Positions 17,301-36,439 of a DNA stretch of 64,000 nt are shown piece after piece. A program made the position numbers and the translations under genes. Below the pieces are notes generated by a model. It searched no databases. It was given only the letters and a program-made list of their open reading frames with translations, and was not told the origin of the DNA. Each line of letters starts with the position of its first letter. The first letter of the stretch is position 1. Source of the DNA: Eledone cirrhosa (Eukaryota); contig OZ024741.1 in assembly GCA_964016885.1 (NCBI GenBank), positions 408,580,001-408,644,000 of the forward strand, written 5' to 3'.

Positions 17301-20300
17301 ATACACACATCTAGGACCACATACAACACATAATCAGATAATACAAACATCTAGCACCACATACAACACATAATCAGATAATACACACATCTAGGACCAC
17401 ATATAACACATAATCAGATAATACACACATCTAGGACCACATACAACACATAATCAGATAATACACACATCTAGGACCACATACAACACATAATCAGATA
17501 ATACACACATCTAGGACCACATTTAACACATAATCAGATAATACACGCATCTAGGACCACATTTAACACATAATCAGATAATACACACATCTAGGACCAC
17601 ATACAACACATAATCAGATAATACACACATCTAGGACCACATACAACACATAATCAGATAATACACACATCTAGAACCACATACAACACATAATCAGATA
17701 ATACACACATCTAGGACCACATTTAACACATAATCAGATAATACACACATCTAGAACCACATATACACATAATCAGATAATACACACATCTAGGACCACA
17801 TACAACACATAATCAGATAATACACACATCTAGAACCACATACAACACATAATCAGATAATACACACATCTAGGACGATATACAACACATAATCAGATAA
17901 TACACACATCTAGGACCACATATAACACATAATCAGATAATACACACATCTAGGACTACATACAACACATTATCAGATAATACACACATCTAGGACCACA
18001 TACAACACATAATCAGATAATACACACATCTAGGACCACATACAACACATAATCAGATAATACACACATCTAGAACCACATACAACACATAATCAGATAA
18101 TACACACATCTAGGACCACATACAACACATAATCAGATAATACACACACATCTAGGACCACATACAACACATAATCAGATAATACACACATCTAGGACGA
18201 TATACAACACATAATCAGATAATACACACATCTAGGGCCACATACAACACATAATCAGATAATACACACATCTAGGGCCACATACAACACATAATCAGAT
18301 AATACACACATCTAGGACAACATACAACACATAATCAGATAATACACACATCTAGGACCACATACAACACATAATCAGATAATACACACATCTAGAACCA
18401 CATACAACACATAATCAGATAATACTCACATCTAGGACGATATACAACACATAATCAGATAATACACACATCTAGGGCCACATACAACACATAATCAGAT
18501 AATACACACATCTAGGGCCACATACAACACATAATCAGATAATACACACATCTAGGACCACATACAACACATAATCAGATAATACACACTTCTAGAACCA
18601 CATACAACACATAATCAGATAATACACACATCTAGAACCACATACAACACATAATCAGATAATACACACATCTAGGACCACATTTAACACATAATCAGAT
18701 AATACACACATCTAGAACCACATATAACACATAATCAGATAATACACATATCTAGGACCACATACAACACATAATCAGATAATACACACATCTAGGACCA
18801 CATATAACACATAATCCGATAATACACACATCTAGGCCCACATTTAACACATAATCAGATAATACACACATCTAGGACCACATATAACACATAATCAGAT
18901 AATACACACATCTAGGACCACATATAACACATAATCAGATAATACACACATCTAGGACCACATTTAACACATAATCAGATAATACACACATCTAGGACCA
19001 CATATAACACATAATCAGATAATACACACATCTAGGACCACATTTAACACATAATCAGATAATACACACATCTAGGACCACATATAACACATAATCAGAT
19101 AATACACACATCTAGGACCACATATAACACATAATCAGACAATACAAACATCTAGAACCACATACCACACATAATCAGATAATACACACATCTAGGACCA
19201 CATACAACACATAATCAGATAATACACACATCTAGGACCACATACAACACATATTCAGATAATACACACATCTAGGACCACATACAACACATAATCAGAT
19301 AATACACACATCTAGGACCACATACAACACATAATCAGATAATACACACATCTAGGACGATATACAACACATAATCAGATAATACACACATCTAGGGCCA
19401 CATACAACACATAATCAGATAATACACACATCTAGGACCACATACAACACATAATCAGATAATACACACATCTAGGACCACATACAACACATAATCAGAT
19501 AATACACACATCTAGGACCACATACAACACATAATAAGATAATACACACATCAAGAACCACATACAACACATAATCAGATAATACACACATCTAGGACGA
19601 TATACAACACATAATCAGATAATACACACATCTAGGGCCACATATAACACATAATCAGATAATACACACATCTAGGACCACATTTAACACATAATCAGAT
19701 AATACACACATCTAGGTCCACATATAACACATAATCAGATAATACACACATCTAGGACCACATACAACACATAATCAGATAATACACACATCTAGGACCA
19801 CATTTAACACATAATCAGATAATACACACATCTAGGACCACATATAACACATAATCAGATAATACACACATCTAGGACCACATACAACACATAATCAGAT
19901 AATACACACATCTAGAACCACATACAACACATAATCAGATAATACACACATGCAGGACGATATACAACACATAATCAGATAATACACACATCTAGGACCA
20001 CATACAACACATAATCAGATAATACACACATCTAGGACCACATACAACACATAATCAGATAATACACACATCTAGCACCACATACAACACATAATCAGAT
20101 AATACACACATCTAGGACCACATATAACACATAATCAGATAATACACACATCTAGGACCACATACAACACATAATCAGATAATACACACATCTAGGACCA
20201 CATACAACACATAATCAGATAATACACACATCTAGGACGATATACAACACATAATCAGATAATACACACATCTAGGGCCACATACAACACATAATCAGAT

Positions 20301-23300
20301 AATACACACATCTAGGACCACATACAACACATAATCACATAATACACACATCTAGGACCACATACAACACATAATCAGATAATACAAACATCTAGGACCA
20401 CATATAACACATAATCAGATAATACACACATCTAGGACCACATTTAACACATAATCAGATAATACACACATCTAGGACCACATATAACACATAATCAGAT
20501 AATACACACATCTAGGACCACATACAACACATAATCAGATAATACACACATCTAGAACCACATACAACACATAATCAGATAATACACACATCTAGGACGA
20601 TATACAACACATAATCAGATAATACACACATCTAGGACCACATACAACACATAATCAGATAATACACACATCTAGGACCACATACAACACATAATCAGAT
20701 AATACAAACATCTAGCACCACATACAACACATAATCAGATAATACACACATCTAGGACCACATATAACACATAATCAGATAATACACACATCTAGGACCA
20801 CATACAACACATAATCAGATAATACACACATCTAGGACCACATACAACACATAATCAGATAATACACACATCTAGGACCACATTTAACACATAATCAGAT
20901 AATACACGCATCTAGGACCATATTTAACACATAATCAGATAATACACACATCTAGGACCACATACAACACATAATCAGATAATACACACATCTAGGACCA
21001 CATACAACACATAATCAGATAATACACACATCTAGAACCACATACAACACATAATCAGATAATACACACATCTAGGACGATATACAACACATAATCAGAT
21101 AATACACACATCTAGGACCACATATAACACATAATCAGATAATACACACATCTAGGACTACATACAACACATAATCAGATAATACACACATCTAGGACCA
21201 CATACAACACATAATCAGATAATACACACTTCTAGAACCACATACAACACATAATCAGATAATACACACATCTAGAACCACATACAACACATAATCAGAT
21301 AATACACACATCTAGGACCACATTTAACACATAATCAGATAATACACACATCTAGAACCACATATAACACATAATCAGATAATACACATATCTAGGACCA
21401 CATACAACACATAATCAGATAATACACACATCTAGGACCACATATAACACATAATCCGATAATACACACATCTAGGCCCACATTTAACACATAATCAGAT
21501 AATACACACATCTAGGACCACATATAACACATAATCAGATAATACACACATCTAGGACCACATATAACACATAATCAGATAATACACACATCTAGGACCA
21601 CATTTAACACATAATCAGATAATACACACATCTAGGACCACATATAACACATAATCAGATAATACACACATCTAGGACCACATTTAACACATAATCAGAT
21701 AATACACACATCTAGGACCACATATAACACATAATCAGATAATACACACATCTAGGACCACATATAACACATAATCAGACAATACAAACATCTAGAACCA
21801 CATACCACACATAATCAGATAATACACACATCTAGGACCACATACAACACATAATCAGATAATACACACATCTAGGACCACATACAACACATATTCAGAT
21901 AATACACACATCTAGGACCACATACAACACATAATCAGATAATACACACATCTAGGACCACATACAACACATAATCAGATAATACACACATCTAGGACGA
22001 TATACAACACATAATCAGATAATACACACATCTAGGGCCACATACAACACATAATCAGATAATACACACATCTAGGACCACATACAACACATAATCAGAT
22101 AATACACACATCTAGGACCACATACAACACATAATCAGATAATACACACATCTAGGACCACATACAACACATAATAAGATAATACACACATCAAGAACCA
22201 CATACAACACATAATCAGATAATACACACATCTAGGACGATATACAACACATAATCAGATAATACACACATCTAGGGCCACATACAACACATAATCAGAT
22301 AATACACACATCTAGGACCACATACAACACATAATCACATAATACACACATCTAGGACCACATACAACACATAATCAGATAATACACACATCTAGGACCA
22401 CCTATAACACATAATCAGATAATACACACATCTAGGACCACATTTAACACATAATCAGATAATACACACATCTAGGACCACATATAACACATAATCAGAT
22501 AATACACACATCTAGGACCACATTTAACACATAATCAGATAATGCTCACATCTAGGACCACATATAACACATAATCAGATAATACACACATCTAGGACCA
22601 CATTTAACACATAATCAGATAATACACACATCTAGGTCCACATATAACACATAATCAGATAATACACACATCTAGGACCACATACAACACATAATCAGAT
22701 AATACACACATCTAGGACCACATTTAACACATAATCAGATAATACACACATCTAGGACCACATATAACACATAATCAGATAATACACACATCTAGGACCA
22801 CATACAACACATAATCAGATAATACACACATCTAGAACCACATACAACACATAATCAGATAATACACACATGCAGGACGATATACAACACATAATCAGAT
22901 AATACACACATCTAGGACCACATACAACACATAATCAGATAATACACACATCTAGGACCACATACAACACATAATCAGATAATACACACATCTAGCACCA
23001 CATACAACACATAATCAGATAATACACACATCTAGGACCACATATAACACATAATCAGATAATACACACATCTAGGACCACATACAACACATAATCAGAT
23101 AATACACACATCTAGGACCACATACAACACATAATCAGATAATACACACATCTAGGACGATATACAACACATAATCAGATAATACACACATCTAGGACCA
23201 CATACAACACATAATCACATAATACAAACATCTAGGACCACATATAACACATAATCAGATAATACACACATCTAGGACCACATTTAACACATAATCAGAT

Positions 23301-24100
23301 AATACACACATCTAGGACCACATATAACACATAATCAGATAATACACACATCTAGGACCACATACAACACATAATCAGATAATACACACATCTAGAACCA
23401 CATACAACACATAATCAGATAATACACACATCTAGGACGATATACAACACATAATCAGATAATACACACATCTAGGACCACATACAACACATAATCAGAT
23501 AATACACACATCTAGGACCACATACAACACATAATCAGATAATACAAACATCTAGCACCACATTTAACACATAATCAGATAATACACACATCTAGGACCA
23601 CATATAACACATAATCAGATAATACACACATCTAGGACCACATACAACACATAATCAGATAATACACACATCTAGGACCACATACAACACATAATCAGAT
23701 AATACACACATCTAGGACCACATTTAACACATAATCAGATAATACACGCATCTAGGACCACATTTAACACATAATCAGATAATACACACATCTAGGACCA
23801 CATACAACACATAATCAGATAATACACACATCTAGGACCACATACAACACATAATCAGATAATACACACATCTAGAACCACATACAACACATAATCAGAT
23901 AATACACACATCTAGGACGATATACAAACATAATCAGATAATACACACATCTAGGACCACATATAACACATAATCAGATAATACACACATCTAGGACTAC
24001 ATACAACACATAATCAGATAATACACACATCTAGGACCACATACAACACATAATCAGGTAATACACACATCTAGGACCACATACAACACACAATCAGATA
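13830..24100 (+). repeat. Three related higher-order blocks (offsets 3881/3641 and 2640 bp) with whole-monomer deletions; boundaries approximate
   Basis: TAATCCGAT at 15171/18812/21452, CAAGAACC at 15911/19552/22192, GCAGGACG at 16591/19952/22872, and ATACTCAC at 14541/18422. Confidence 0.85.
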
Positions 24101-27100
24101 ATACACACATCTAGAACGACATACAACACATAATCAGATAATACACACATCTAGGACCACATACAACACATAATCAGATAATACACACACATCTAGGACC
24201 ACATACAACACATAATCAGATAATACACACATCTAGGACCACATACAACACATAATCAGATAATACACACATCTAGGACCACATACAACACATAATCAGA
24301 TAATACACACATCTAGGACCACATACAACACATAATCAGATAATACACACATCTAGGACGATATACAACACATAATCAGATAATACACACATCTAGGGCC
24401 ACATACAACACATAATCAGATAATACACACATCTAGGGCCACATACAACACATAATCAGATAATACACACATCTTGGACCACATACAACACATAATCAGA
24501 TAATACACACATCTAGGACCACATACAACACATAATCAGATAATACACACATCTAGAACCACATACAACACATAATCAGATAATACACACATCTAGGACG
24601 ATATACAACACATAATCAGATAATACACACATCTAGGGCCACATACAACACATAATCAGATAATACACACATCTAGGACGACATACAACACATAATCAGA
24701 TAATACACACATCTAGGACCACATACAACACATAATCAGATAATACACACATCTAGAACCACATACAACACATAATCAGATAATACACACATCTTGAACC
24801 ACATACAACACATAATCAGATAATACACACATCTAGGACCACATACAACACATAATCAGATAATACACACATCTAGGACCACATACAACACATAATCAGA
24901 TAATACACACATCTAGGGCCACATACATCACATAATCAGATAATACACACATCTAGGACCACATACAACACATAATCAGATAATACACACATCTAAGACC
25001 ACATACAAAACATAATCAGATAATACAAACATCTAGAAACACATACAACACATAATCAGATAATACACACATCTAGGACCACATTTAACACATAATCAGA
25101 TAATACACACATCTAGAACCACATATACACATAATCAGATAATACACACATCTAGGACCACATACAACACATAATCAGACAATACACACATCTAGGACCA
25201 CATATACACATAATCAGATAATACACACATCTAGAACCACATACAACACATAATCAGATAATACACACATCTAGGACGATATACAACACATAATCAGATA
25301 ATACACACATCTAGGACCAAATATAACACATAATCAGATAATACACACATCTAGGACTACATACAACACATTATCAGATAATACACACATCTAGGACCAC
25401 ATACAACACATAATCAGATAATACACACATCTAGGACCACATACAACACATAATCAGATAATACACACATCTAGAACCACATACAACACATAATCAGATA
25501 ATACACACATCTAGGACCACATACAACACATAATCAGATAATACACACACATCTAGGACCACATACAACACATAATCAGATAATACACACATCTAGGACG
25601 ATATACAACACATAATCAGATAATACACACATCTAGGGCCACATACAACACATAATCAGATAATACACACATCTAGGGCCACATACAACACATAATCAGA
25701 TAATACACACATCTAGGACAACATACAACACATAATCAGATAATACACACATCTAGGACCACATACAACACATAATCAGATAATACACACATCTAGAACC
25801 ACATAAAACACATAATCAGATAATACACACATCTAGGACGATATACAACACATAATCAGATAATACACACATCTAGGGCCACATACAACACATAATCAGA
25901 TAATACACACATCTAGGGCCACATACAACACATAATCAGATAATACACACATCTAGGACCACATACAACACATAATCAGATAATACACACATCTAGGACC
26001 ACATACAACACATAATCAGATAATACACACATCTAGAACCACATACAACACATAATCAGATAATACACACATCTAGAACCACATACAACACATAATCAGA
26101 TAATACACACATCTAGGACCACATTTAACACATAATCAGATAATACACACATCTAGAACCACATATAACACATAATCAGATAATACACATATCTAGGACC
26201 ACATACAACACATAATCAGATAATACACACATCTAGGACCACATATAACACATAATCAGATAATACACACATCTAGGTCCACATTTAACACATAATCAGA
26301 TAATACACACATCTAGGACCACATATAACACATAATCAGATAATACACACATGTAGGACCACATATAACACATAATCAGATAATACACACATCTAGGACC
26401 ACATTTAACACATAATCAGATAATACACACATCTAGGACCACATATAACACATAATCAGATAATACACACATCTAGGACCACATTTAACACATAATCAGA
26501 TAATACACACATCTAGGACCACATATAACACATAATCAGATAATACACACATCTAGGACAACATTTAACACATAATCAGATAATACACACATCTAGGACC
26601 ACATACAACACATAATCAGATAATACACACATCTAGGACCACATTTAACACATAATCAGATAATACACACATCTAGGACCACATATAACACATAATCAGA
26701 TAATACACACATCTAGGAACACATTTAACACATAATCAGATAATACACACATCTAGGACCACATATAACACATAATCAGATAATACACACATCTAGGACC
26801 ACATATAACACATAATCAGACAATACAAACATCTAGGACCACATACAACACATAATCAGATAATACACACATCTAGGACCACATACAACACATAATCAGA
26901 TACTACACACATCTAGGATCACATTTAACACATAATCAGATAATACACACATCTAGGACCACATTTAACACATAATCAGATAATACACACATCTAGGACC
27001 ACATATAACACATAATCAGATAATACACACATCTAGGACCACATTTAACACATAATCAGATAATACACACATCTAAGACCACATATAACACATAATCAGA

Positions 27101-27779
27101 TAATACACACATCTAGGACCACATATAACACATAATCAGATAATACACACATCTAGGACCACATACAACACATAATCAGATAATACACACATCTAGGACC
27201 ACATTCAACACATAATCAGATAATACACACATCTAGGACCACATTTAACACATAATCAGATAATACACACATCTAGGACCACATTTAACACATAATCAGA
27301 TAATACACACATCTAGGACCACATATAACACATAATCAGATAATACACACATCTAGGACCACATTCAACACATAATCAGATAATACACACATCTAGGACC
27401 ACATATAACACATAATCAGATAATACACACATCTAGGACCACATTTAACACATAATCAGATAATACACACATCTAGGACCACATATAACACATAATCAGA
27501 TAATACACACATATCGGACCACATTTAACACATAATCAGATAATACACACATCTAGGCCCACATATAACACATAATCAGATAATACATACATCTAGGACC
27601 ACATTTAACACATAATCAGATAATACACACATCTAGGTCCACATATAACACATAATCAGATAATACACACATCTAGGACCACATACAACACATAATCAGA
27701 TAATACACACATCTAGGACCACATTTAACACATAATCAGATAATACACACATCTAGGACCACAGATAACACATAATCAG

Positions 27780-30700
27780 ATAATACACACATCTAGGACC
27801 ACATACAACACATAATCAGATAATACACACATCTAGAACCACATACAACACATAATCAGATAATACACACATCTAGGACGATATACAACACATAATCAGA
27901 TAATACACACATCTAGGACCACATACAACACATAATCAGATAATACACACATCTAGGACCACATACAACACATAATCAGATAATACACACATCTAGCATC
28001 ACATACAACACATAATCAGATAATACACACATCTAGGACCACATATAACACATAATCAGATAATACACACATCTAGGACCACATACAACACATAATCAGA
28101 TAATACACACATCTAGGACCACATACAACATATAATCAGATAATACACACATCTAGGACCACATACAACATATAATCAGATAATACACACATCTAGGACC
28201 ACATATAACACATAATCAGATAATACACACATCTAGGACCACATACAACACATAATCAGATAATACACACATCTAGGACCACATACAACACATAATCAGA
28301 TAATACACACATCTAGGACCACATTTAACACATAATCAGATAATACACGCATCTAGGACCACATTTAACACATAATCAGATAATACACACATCTAGGACC
28401 ACATACAACACATAATCAGATAATACACACATCTAGGACCACATACAACACACAATCAGATAATACACACATCTAGAACGACATACAACACATAATCAGA
28501 TAATACACACATCTAGGACCACATATAACACATAATCAGATAATACACACACATCTAGGACCACATACAACATATTAATCAGATAATACACACATCTAGG
28601 ACCACATACAACACATAATCAGATAATACACACATCTAGGACCACATACAACACATAATCAGATAATACACACATCTAGGACCACATACAACACATAATC
28701 AGATAATACACACATCTAGGACGATATACAACACATAATCAGATAATACACACATCTAGGGCCACATACAACACATAATCAGATAATACACACATCTAGG
28801 GCCACATACAACACATAATCAGATAATACACACATCTAGGACCACATACAACACATAATCAGATAATACACACATCTAGGACCACATACAACACATAATC
28901 AGATAATACACACATCTAGGACCACATACAACACATAATCACATAATACACACATCTAGGACCACATACAACACATAATCAGATAATACACACATCTAGA
29001 ACCACATACAACACATAATCAGATAATACACACATTCTTGAACCACATACAACACATAATCAGATAATACACACATCTAGGACCACATACAACACATAAT
29101 CAGATAATACACACATCTAGGACCACATACAACACATAATCAGATAATACACACATCTAGGGCCACATACATCACATAATCAGATAATACACACATCTAG
29201 GACCACATACAACACATAATCAGATAATACACACATCTAGGACCACATACAAAACATAATCAGATAATACAAACATCTAGAAACACATACAACACATAAT
29301 CAGATAATACACACATCTAGGACCACATTTAACACATAATCAGATAATACACACATCTAGAACCACATATACACATAATCAGATAATACACACATCTAGG
29401 ACCACATACAACACATAATCAGATAATACACACATCTAGAACCACATACAACACATAATCAGATAATACACACATCTAGGACGATATACAACACATAATC
29501 AGATAATACACACATCTAGGACCACATATAACACATAATCAGATAATACACACATCTAGGACTACATACAACACATAATCAGATAATACACACATCTAGG
29601 ACCACATACAACACATAATCAGATAATACACACATCTAGGACCACATACAACACATAATCAGATAATACACACATCTAGAACCACATACAACACATAATC
29701 AGATAATACACACATCTAGGACCACATACAACACATAATCAGATAATACACACACATCTAGGACCACATACAGCACATAATCAGATAATACACACATCTA
29801 GGACGATATACAACACATAATCAGATAATACACACATCTAGGACCACATACAACACATAATCAGATAATACACACATCTAGGGCCACATTTAACACATAA
29901 TCAGATAATACACACATCTAGGACCACATACAACACATAATCAGATAATACACACATCTAGGACCAGATATAACACATAATCAGATAATACACACATCTA
30001 GGACCCCATATAACACATAATCAGATAATACACACATCTAGGACCACATACAACACATAATCAGATAATACACACATCTAGAACCACATACAACACATAA
30101 TCAGATAATACACACATCTAGGACGATATACAACACATAATCAGATAATACACACATCTAGGACCACATACAACACATAATCAGATAATACACACATCTA
30201 GGACCACATACAACACATAATCAGATAATACACACATCTAGCATCACATACAACACATAATCAGATAATACACACATCTAGGACCACATATAACACATAA
30301 TCAGATAATACACACATCTAGGACCACATACAACACATAATCAGATAATACACACATCTAGGACCACATACAACATATAATCAGATAATACACACATCTA
30401 GGACCACATACAACATATAATCAGATAATACACACATCTAGGACCACATATAACACATAATCAGATAATACACACATCTAGGACCACATACAACACATAA
30501 TCAGATAATACACACATCTAGGACCACATACAACACATAATCAGATAATACACACATCTAGGACCACATTTAACACATAATCAGATAATACACGCATCTA
30601 GGACCACATTTAACACATAATCAGATAATACACACATCTAGGACCACATACAACACATAATCAGATAATACACACATCTAGGACCACAAACAACACATAA

Positions 30701-33700
30701 TCAGATAATACACACATCTAGAACCACATACAACACATAATCAGATAATACACACATCTAGGACGATATACAACACATAATCAGACAATACACACATCTA
30801 GGACCACATATAACACATAATCAGATAATACACACATCTAGGACTACATACAACACATAATCAGATAATACACACATCTAGGACCACATACAACACATAA
30901 TCAGATAATACACACATCTAGGACCACATACAACACACAATCAGATAATACACACATCTAGAACGACATACAACACATAATCAGATAATACACACATCTA
31001 GGACCACATATAACACATAATCAGATAATACACACACATCTAGGACCACATACAACATATTAATCAGATAATACACACATCTAGGACCACATACAACACA
31101 TAATCAGATAATACACACATCTAGGACCACATACAACACATAATCAGATAATACACACATCTAGGACCACATACAACACATAATCAGATAATACACACAT
31201 CTAGGACGATATACAACACATAATCAGATAATACACACATCTAGGGCCACATACAACACATAATCAGATAATACACACATCTAGGGCCACATACAACACA
31301 TAATCAGATAATACACACATCTAGGAACACATACAACACATAATCAGATAATACACACATCTAGGACCACATACAACACATAATCAGATAATACACACAT
31401 CTAGGACCACATACAACACATAATCACATAATACACACATCTAGGACCACATACAACACATAATCAGATAATACACACATCTAGAACCACATACAACACA
31501 TAATCAGATAATACACACATTCTTGAACCACATACAACACATAATCAGATAATACACACATCTAGGACCACATACAACACATAATCAGATAATACACACA
31601 TCTAGGACCACATACAACACATAATCAGATAATACACACATCTAGGGCCACATACATCACATAATCAGATAATACACACATCTAGGACCACATACAACAC
31701 ATAATCAGATAATACACACATCTAGGACCACATACAAAACATAATCAGATAATACAAACATCTAGAAACACATACAACACATAATCAGATAATACACACA
31801 TCTAGGACCACATTTAACACATAATCAGATAATACACACATCTAGAACCACATATACACATAATCAGATAATACACACATCTAGGACCACATACAACACA
31901 TAATCAGATAATACACACATCTAGAACCACATACAACACATAATCAGATAATACACACATCTAGGACGATATACAACACATAATCAGATAATACACACAT
32001 CTAGGACCACATATAACACATAATCAGATAATACACACATCTAGGACTACATACAACACATAATCAGATAATACACACATCTAGGACCACATACAACACA
32101 TAATCAGATAATACACACATCTAGGACCACATACAACACATAATCAGATAATACACACATCTAGAACCACATACAACACATAATCAGATAATACACACAT
32201 CTAGGACCACATACAACACATAATCAGATAATACACACACATCTAGGACCACATACAGCACATAATCAGATAATACACACATCTAGGACGATATACAACA
32301 CATAATCAGATAATACACACATCTAGGGCCACATACAACACATAATCAGATAATACACACATCTAGGGCCACATTTAACACATAATCAGATAATACACAC
32401 ATCTAGGACCACATACAACACATAATCAGATAATACACACATCTAGGACCAGATATAACACATAATCAGATAATACACACATCTAGGACCCCATATAACA
32501 CATAATCAGATAATACACACATCTAGGACCACATACAACACATAATCAGATAATACACACATCTAGGCCCACATACAACACATAATCAGATAATACACAC
32601 ATCTAGGACCACATTTAACACATAATCAGATAATACACACATCTAGGACCACATTTAACACATAATCAGATAATACACACATCTAGGACCACATATAACA
32701 AATAATCAGATAATACACACATCTAGGACCACATTTAACACATAATCAGATAATACACACATCTAGGACCACATATAACACATAATCAGATAATACACAC
32801 ATCTAGGACCACATATAACACATAATCAGATAATACACACATCTAGGACCACATTTAACACATAATCAGATAATAAACACATCTAGGACCACATTTAACA
32901 CATAATCAGATAATACACACATCTAGGACCACATATAACACATAATCAGATAATACACACATCTAGGACCACATTTAACACATAATCAGATAATACACAC
33001 ATCTAGGACCACATATAACACATAATCAGATAATACACACATCTAGGACCACATACAACACATAATCAGATAATACACACATCTAGGACCACATTTAACA
33101 CATAATCAGATAATACACACATCTAGGACCACATATAACACATAATCAGATAATACACACATCTAGGACCACATACAACACATAATCAGATAATACACAC
33201 ATCTAGGACCACATACAACACATAATCAGATAATACACACATCTAGCATCACATACAACACATAATCAGATAATACACACATCTAGGACCACATATAACA
33301 CATAATCAGATAATACACACATCTAGGACCACATACAACACATAATCAGATAATACACACATCTAGGACCACATACAACATATAATCAGATAATACACAC
33401 ATCTAGGACCACATACAACATATAATCAGATAATACACACATCTAGGACCACATATAACACATAATCAGATAATACACACATCTAGGACCACATACAACA
33501 CATAATCAGATAATACACACATCTAGGACCACATACAACACATAATCAGATAATACACACATCTAGGACCACATTTAACACATAATCAGATAATACACGC
33601 ATCTAGGACCACATTTAACACATAATCAGATAATACACACATCTAGGACCACATACAACACATAATCAGATAATACACACATCTAGGACCACAAACAACA

Positions 33701-36200
33701 CATAATCAGATAATACACACATCTAGAACCACATACAACACATAATCAGATAATACACACATCTAGGACGATATACAACACATAATCAGACAATACACAC
33801 ATCTAGGACCACATATAACACATAATCAGATAATACACACATCTAGGACTACATACAACACATAATCAGATAATACACACATCTAGGACCACATACAACA
33901 CATAATCAGATAATACACACATCTAGGACCACATACAACACACAATCAGATAATACACACATCTAGAACGACATACAACACATAATCAGATAATACACAC
34001 ATCTAGGACCACATATAACACATAATCAGATAATACACACACATCTAGGACCACATACAACATATTAATCAGATAATACACACATCTAGGACCACATACA
34101 ACACATAATCAGATAATACACACATCTAGGACCACATACAACACATAATCAGATAATACACACATCTAGGACCACATACAACACATAATCAGATAATACA
34201 CACATCTAGGAAGATATACAACACATAATCAGATAATACACACATCTAGGGCCACATACAACACATAATCAGATAATACACACATCTAGGGCCACATGCA
34301 ACACATAATCAGATAATACACACATCTAGGACCACATACAACACATAATCAGATAATACACACATCTAGGACCACATACAACACATAATCAGATAATACA
34401 CACATCTAGGACCACATACAACACATAATCACATAATACACACATCTAGGACCACATACAACACATAATCAGATAATACACACATCTAGAACCACATACA
34501 ACACATAATCAGATAATACACACATTCTTGAACCACATACAACACATAATCAGATAATACACACATCTAGGACCACATACAACACATAATCAGATAATAC
34601 ACACATCTAGGACCACATACAACACATAATCAGATAATACACACATCTAGGGCCACATACATCACATAATCAGATAATACACACATCTAGGACCACATAC
34701 AACACATAATCAGATAATACACACATCTAGGACCACATACAAAACATAATCAGATAATACAAACATCTAGAAACACATACAACACATAATCAGATAATAC
34801 ACACATCTAGGACCACATTTAACACATAATCAGATAATACACACATCTAGAACCACATATACACATAATCAGATAATACACACATCTAGGACCACATACA
34901 ACACATAATCAGATAATACACACATCTAGAACCACATACAACACATAATCAGATAATACACACATCTAGGACGATATACAACACATAATCAGATAATACA
35001 CACATCTAGGACCACATATAACACATAATCAGATAATACACACATCTAGGACTACATACAACACATAATCAGATAATACACACATCTAGGACCACATACA
35101 ACACATAATCAGATAATACACACATCTAGGACCACATACAACACATAATCAGATAATACACACATCTAGAACCACATACAACACATAATCAGATAATACA
35201 CACATCTAGGACCACATACAACACATAATCAGATAATACACACACATCTAGGACCACATACAGCACATAATCAGATAATACACACATCTAGGACGATATA
35301 CAACACATAATCAGATAATAAACACATCTAGGGCCACATACAACACATAATCAGATAATACACACATCTAGGGCCACATTTAACACATAATCAGATAATA
35401 CACACATCTAGGACCACATACAACACATAATCAGATAATACACACATCTAGGACCAGATATAACACATAATCAGATAATACACACATCTAGGACCCCATA
35501 TAACACATAATCAGATAATACACACATCTAGGACCACATACAACACATAATCAGATAATACACACATCTAGGCCCACATACAACACATAATCAGATAATA
35601 CACACATCTAGGACCACATTTAACACATAATCAGATAATACACACATCTAGGACCACATTTAACACATAATCAGATAATACACACATCTAGGACCACATA
35701 TAACAAATAATCAGATAATACACACATCTAGGACCACATTTAACACATAATCAGATAATACACACATCTAGGACCACATATAACACATAATCAGATAATA
35801 CACACATCTAGGACCACATATAACACATAATCAGATAATACACACATCTAGGACCACATTTAACACATAATCAGATAATAAACACATCTAGGACCACATT
35901 TAACACATAATCAGATAATACACACATCTAGGACCACATATAACACATAATCAGATAATACACACATCTAGGACCACATTTAACACATAATCAGATAATA
36001 CACACATCTAGGACCACATATAACACATAATCAGATAATACACACATCTAGGACCACATACAACACATAATCAGATAATACACACATCTAGGACCACATT
36101 TAACACATAATCAGATAATACACACATCTAGGACCACATATAACACATAATCAGATAATACACACATCTAGGACCACATACAACACATAATCAGATAATA
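27780..36200 (+). repeat. Three related higher-order blocks (offsets 2485 and 3005 bp); boundaries approximate
   Basis: CATATTAATC at 28571/31056/34061, CACATTCTTG at ~29031/~31516/~34521, GGACCAGATA at 29961/~32446/35451, and TAGCATCAC recurring in register. Confidence 0.85.
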
Positions 36201-36439
36201 CACACATCTAGAACGACATACAACACATAATCAGATAATACACACATCTAGGACGATATACAACACATAATCAGATAATACACACATCTAGGACCACATA
36301 CAACACATAATCAGATAATACACACATCTAGGACCACATACAGCACATAATCAGATAATACACACATCTAGCACCACATACAACACATAATCAGATAATA
36401 CACACATCTAGGACCACATATAACACATAATCAGATAAT

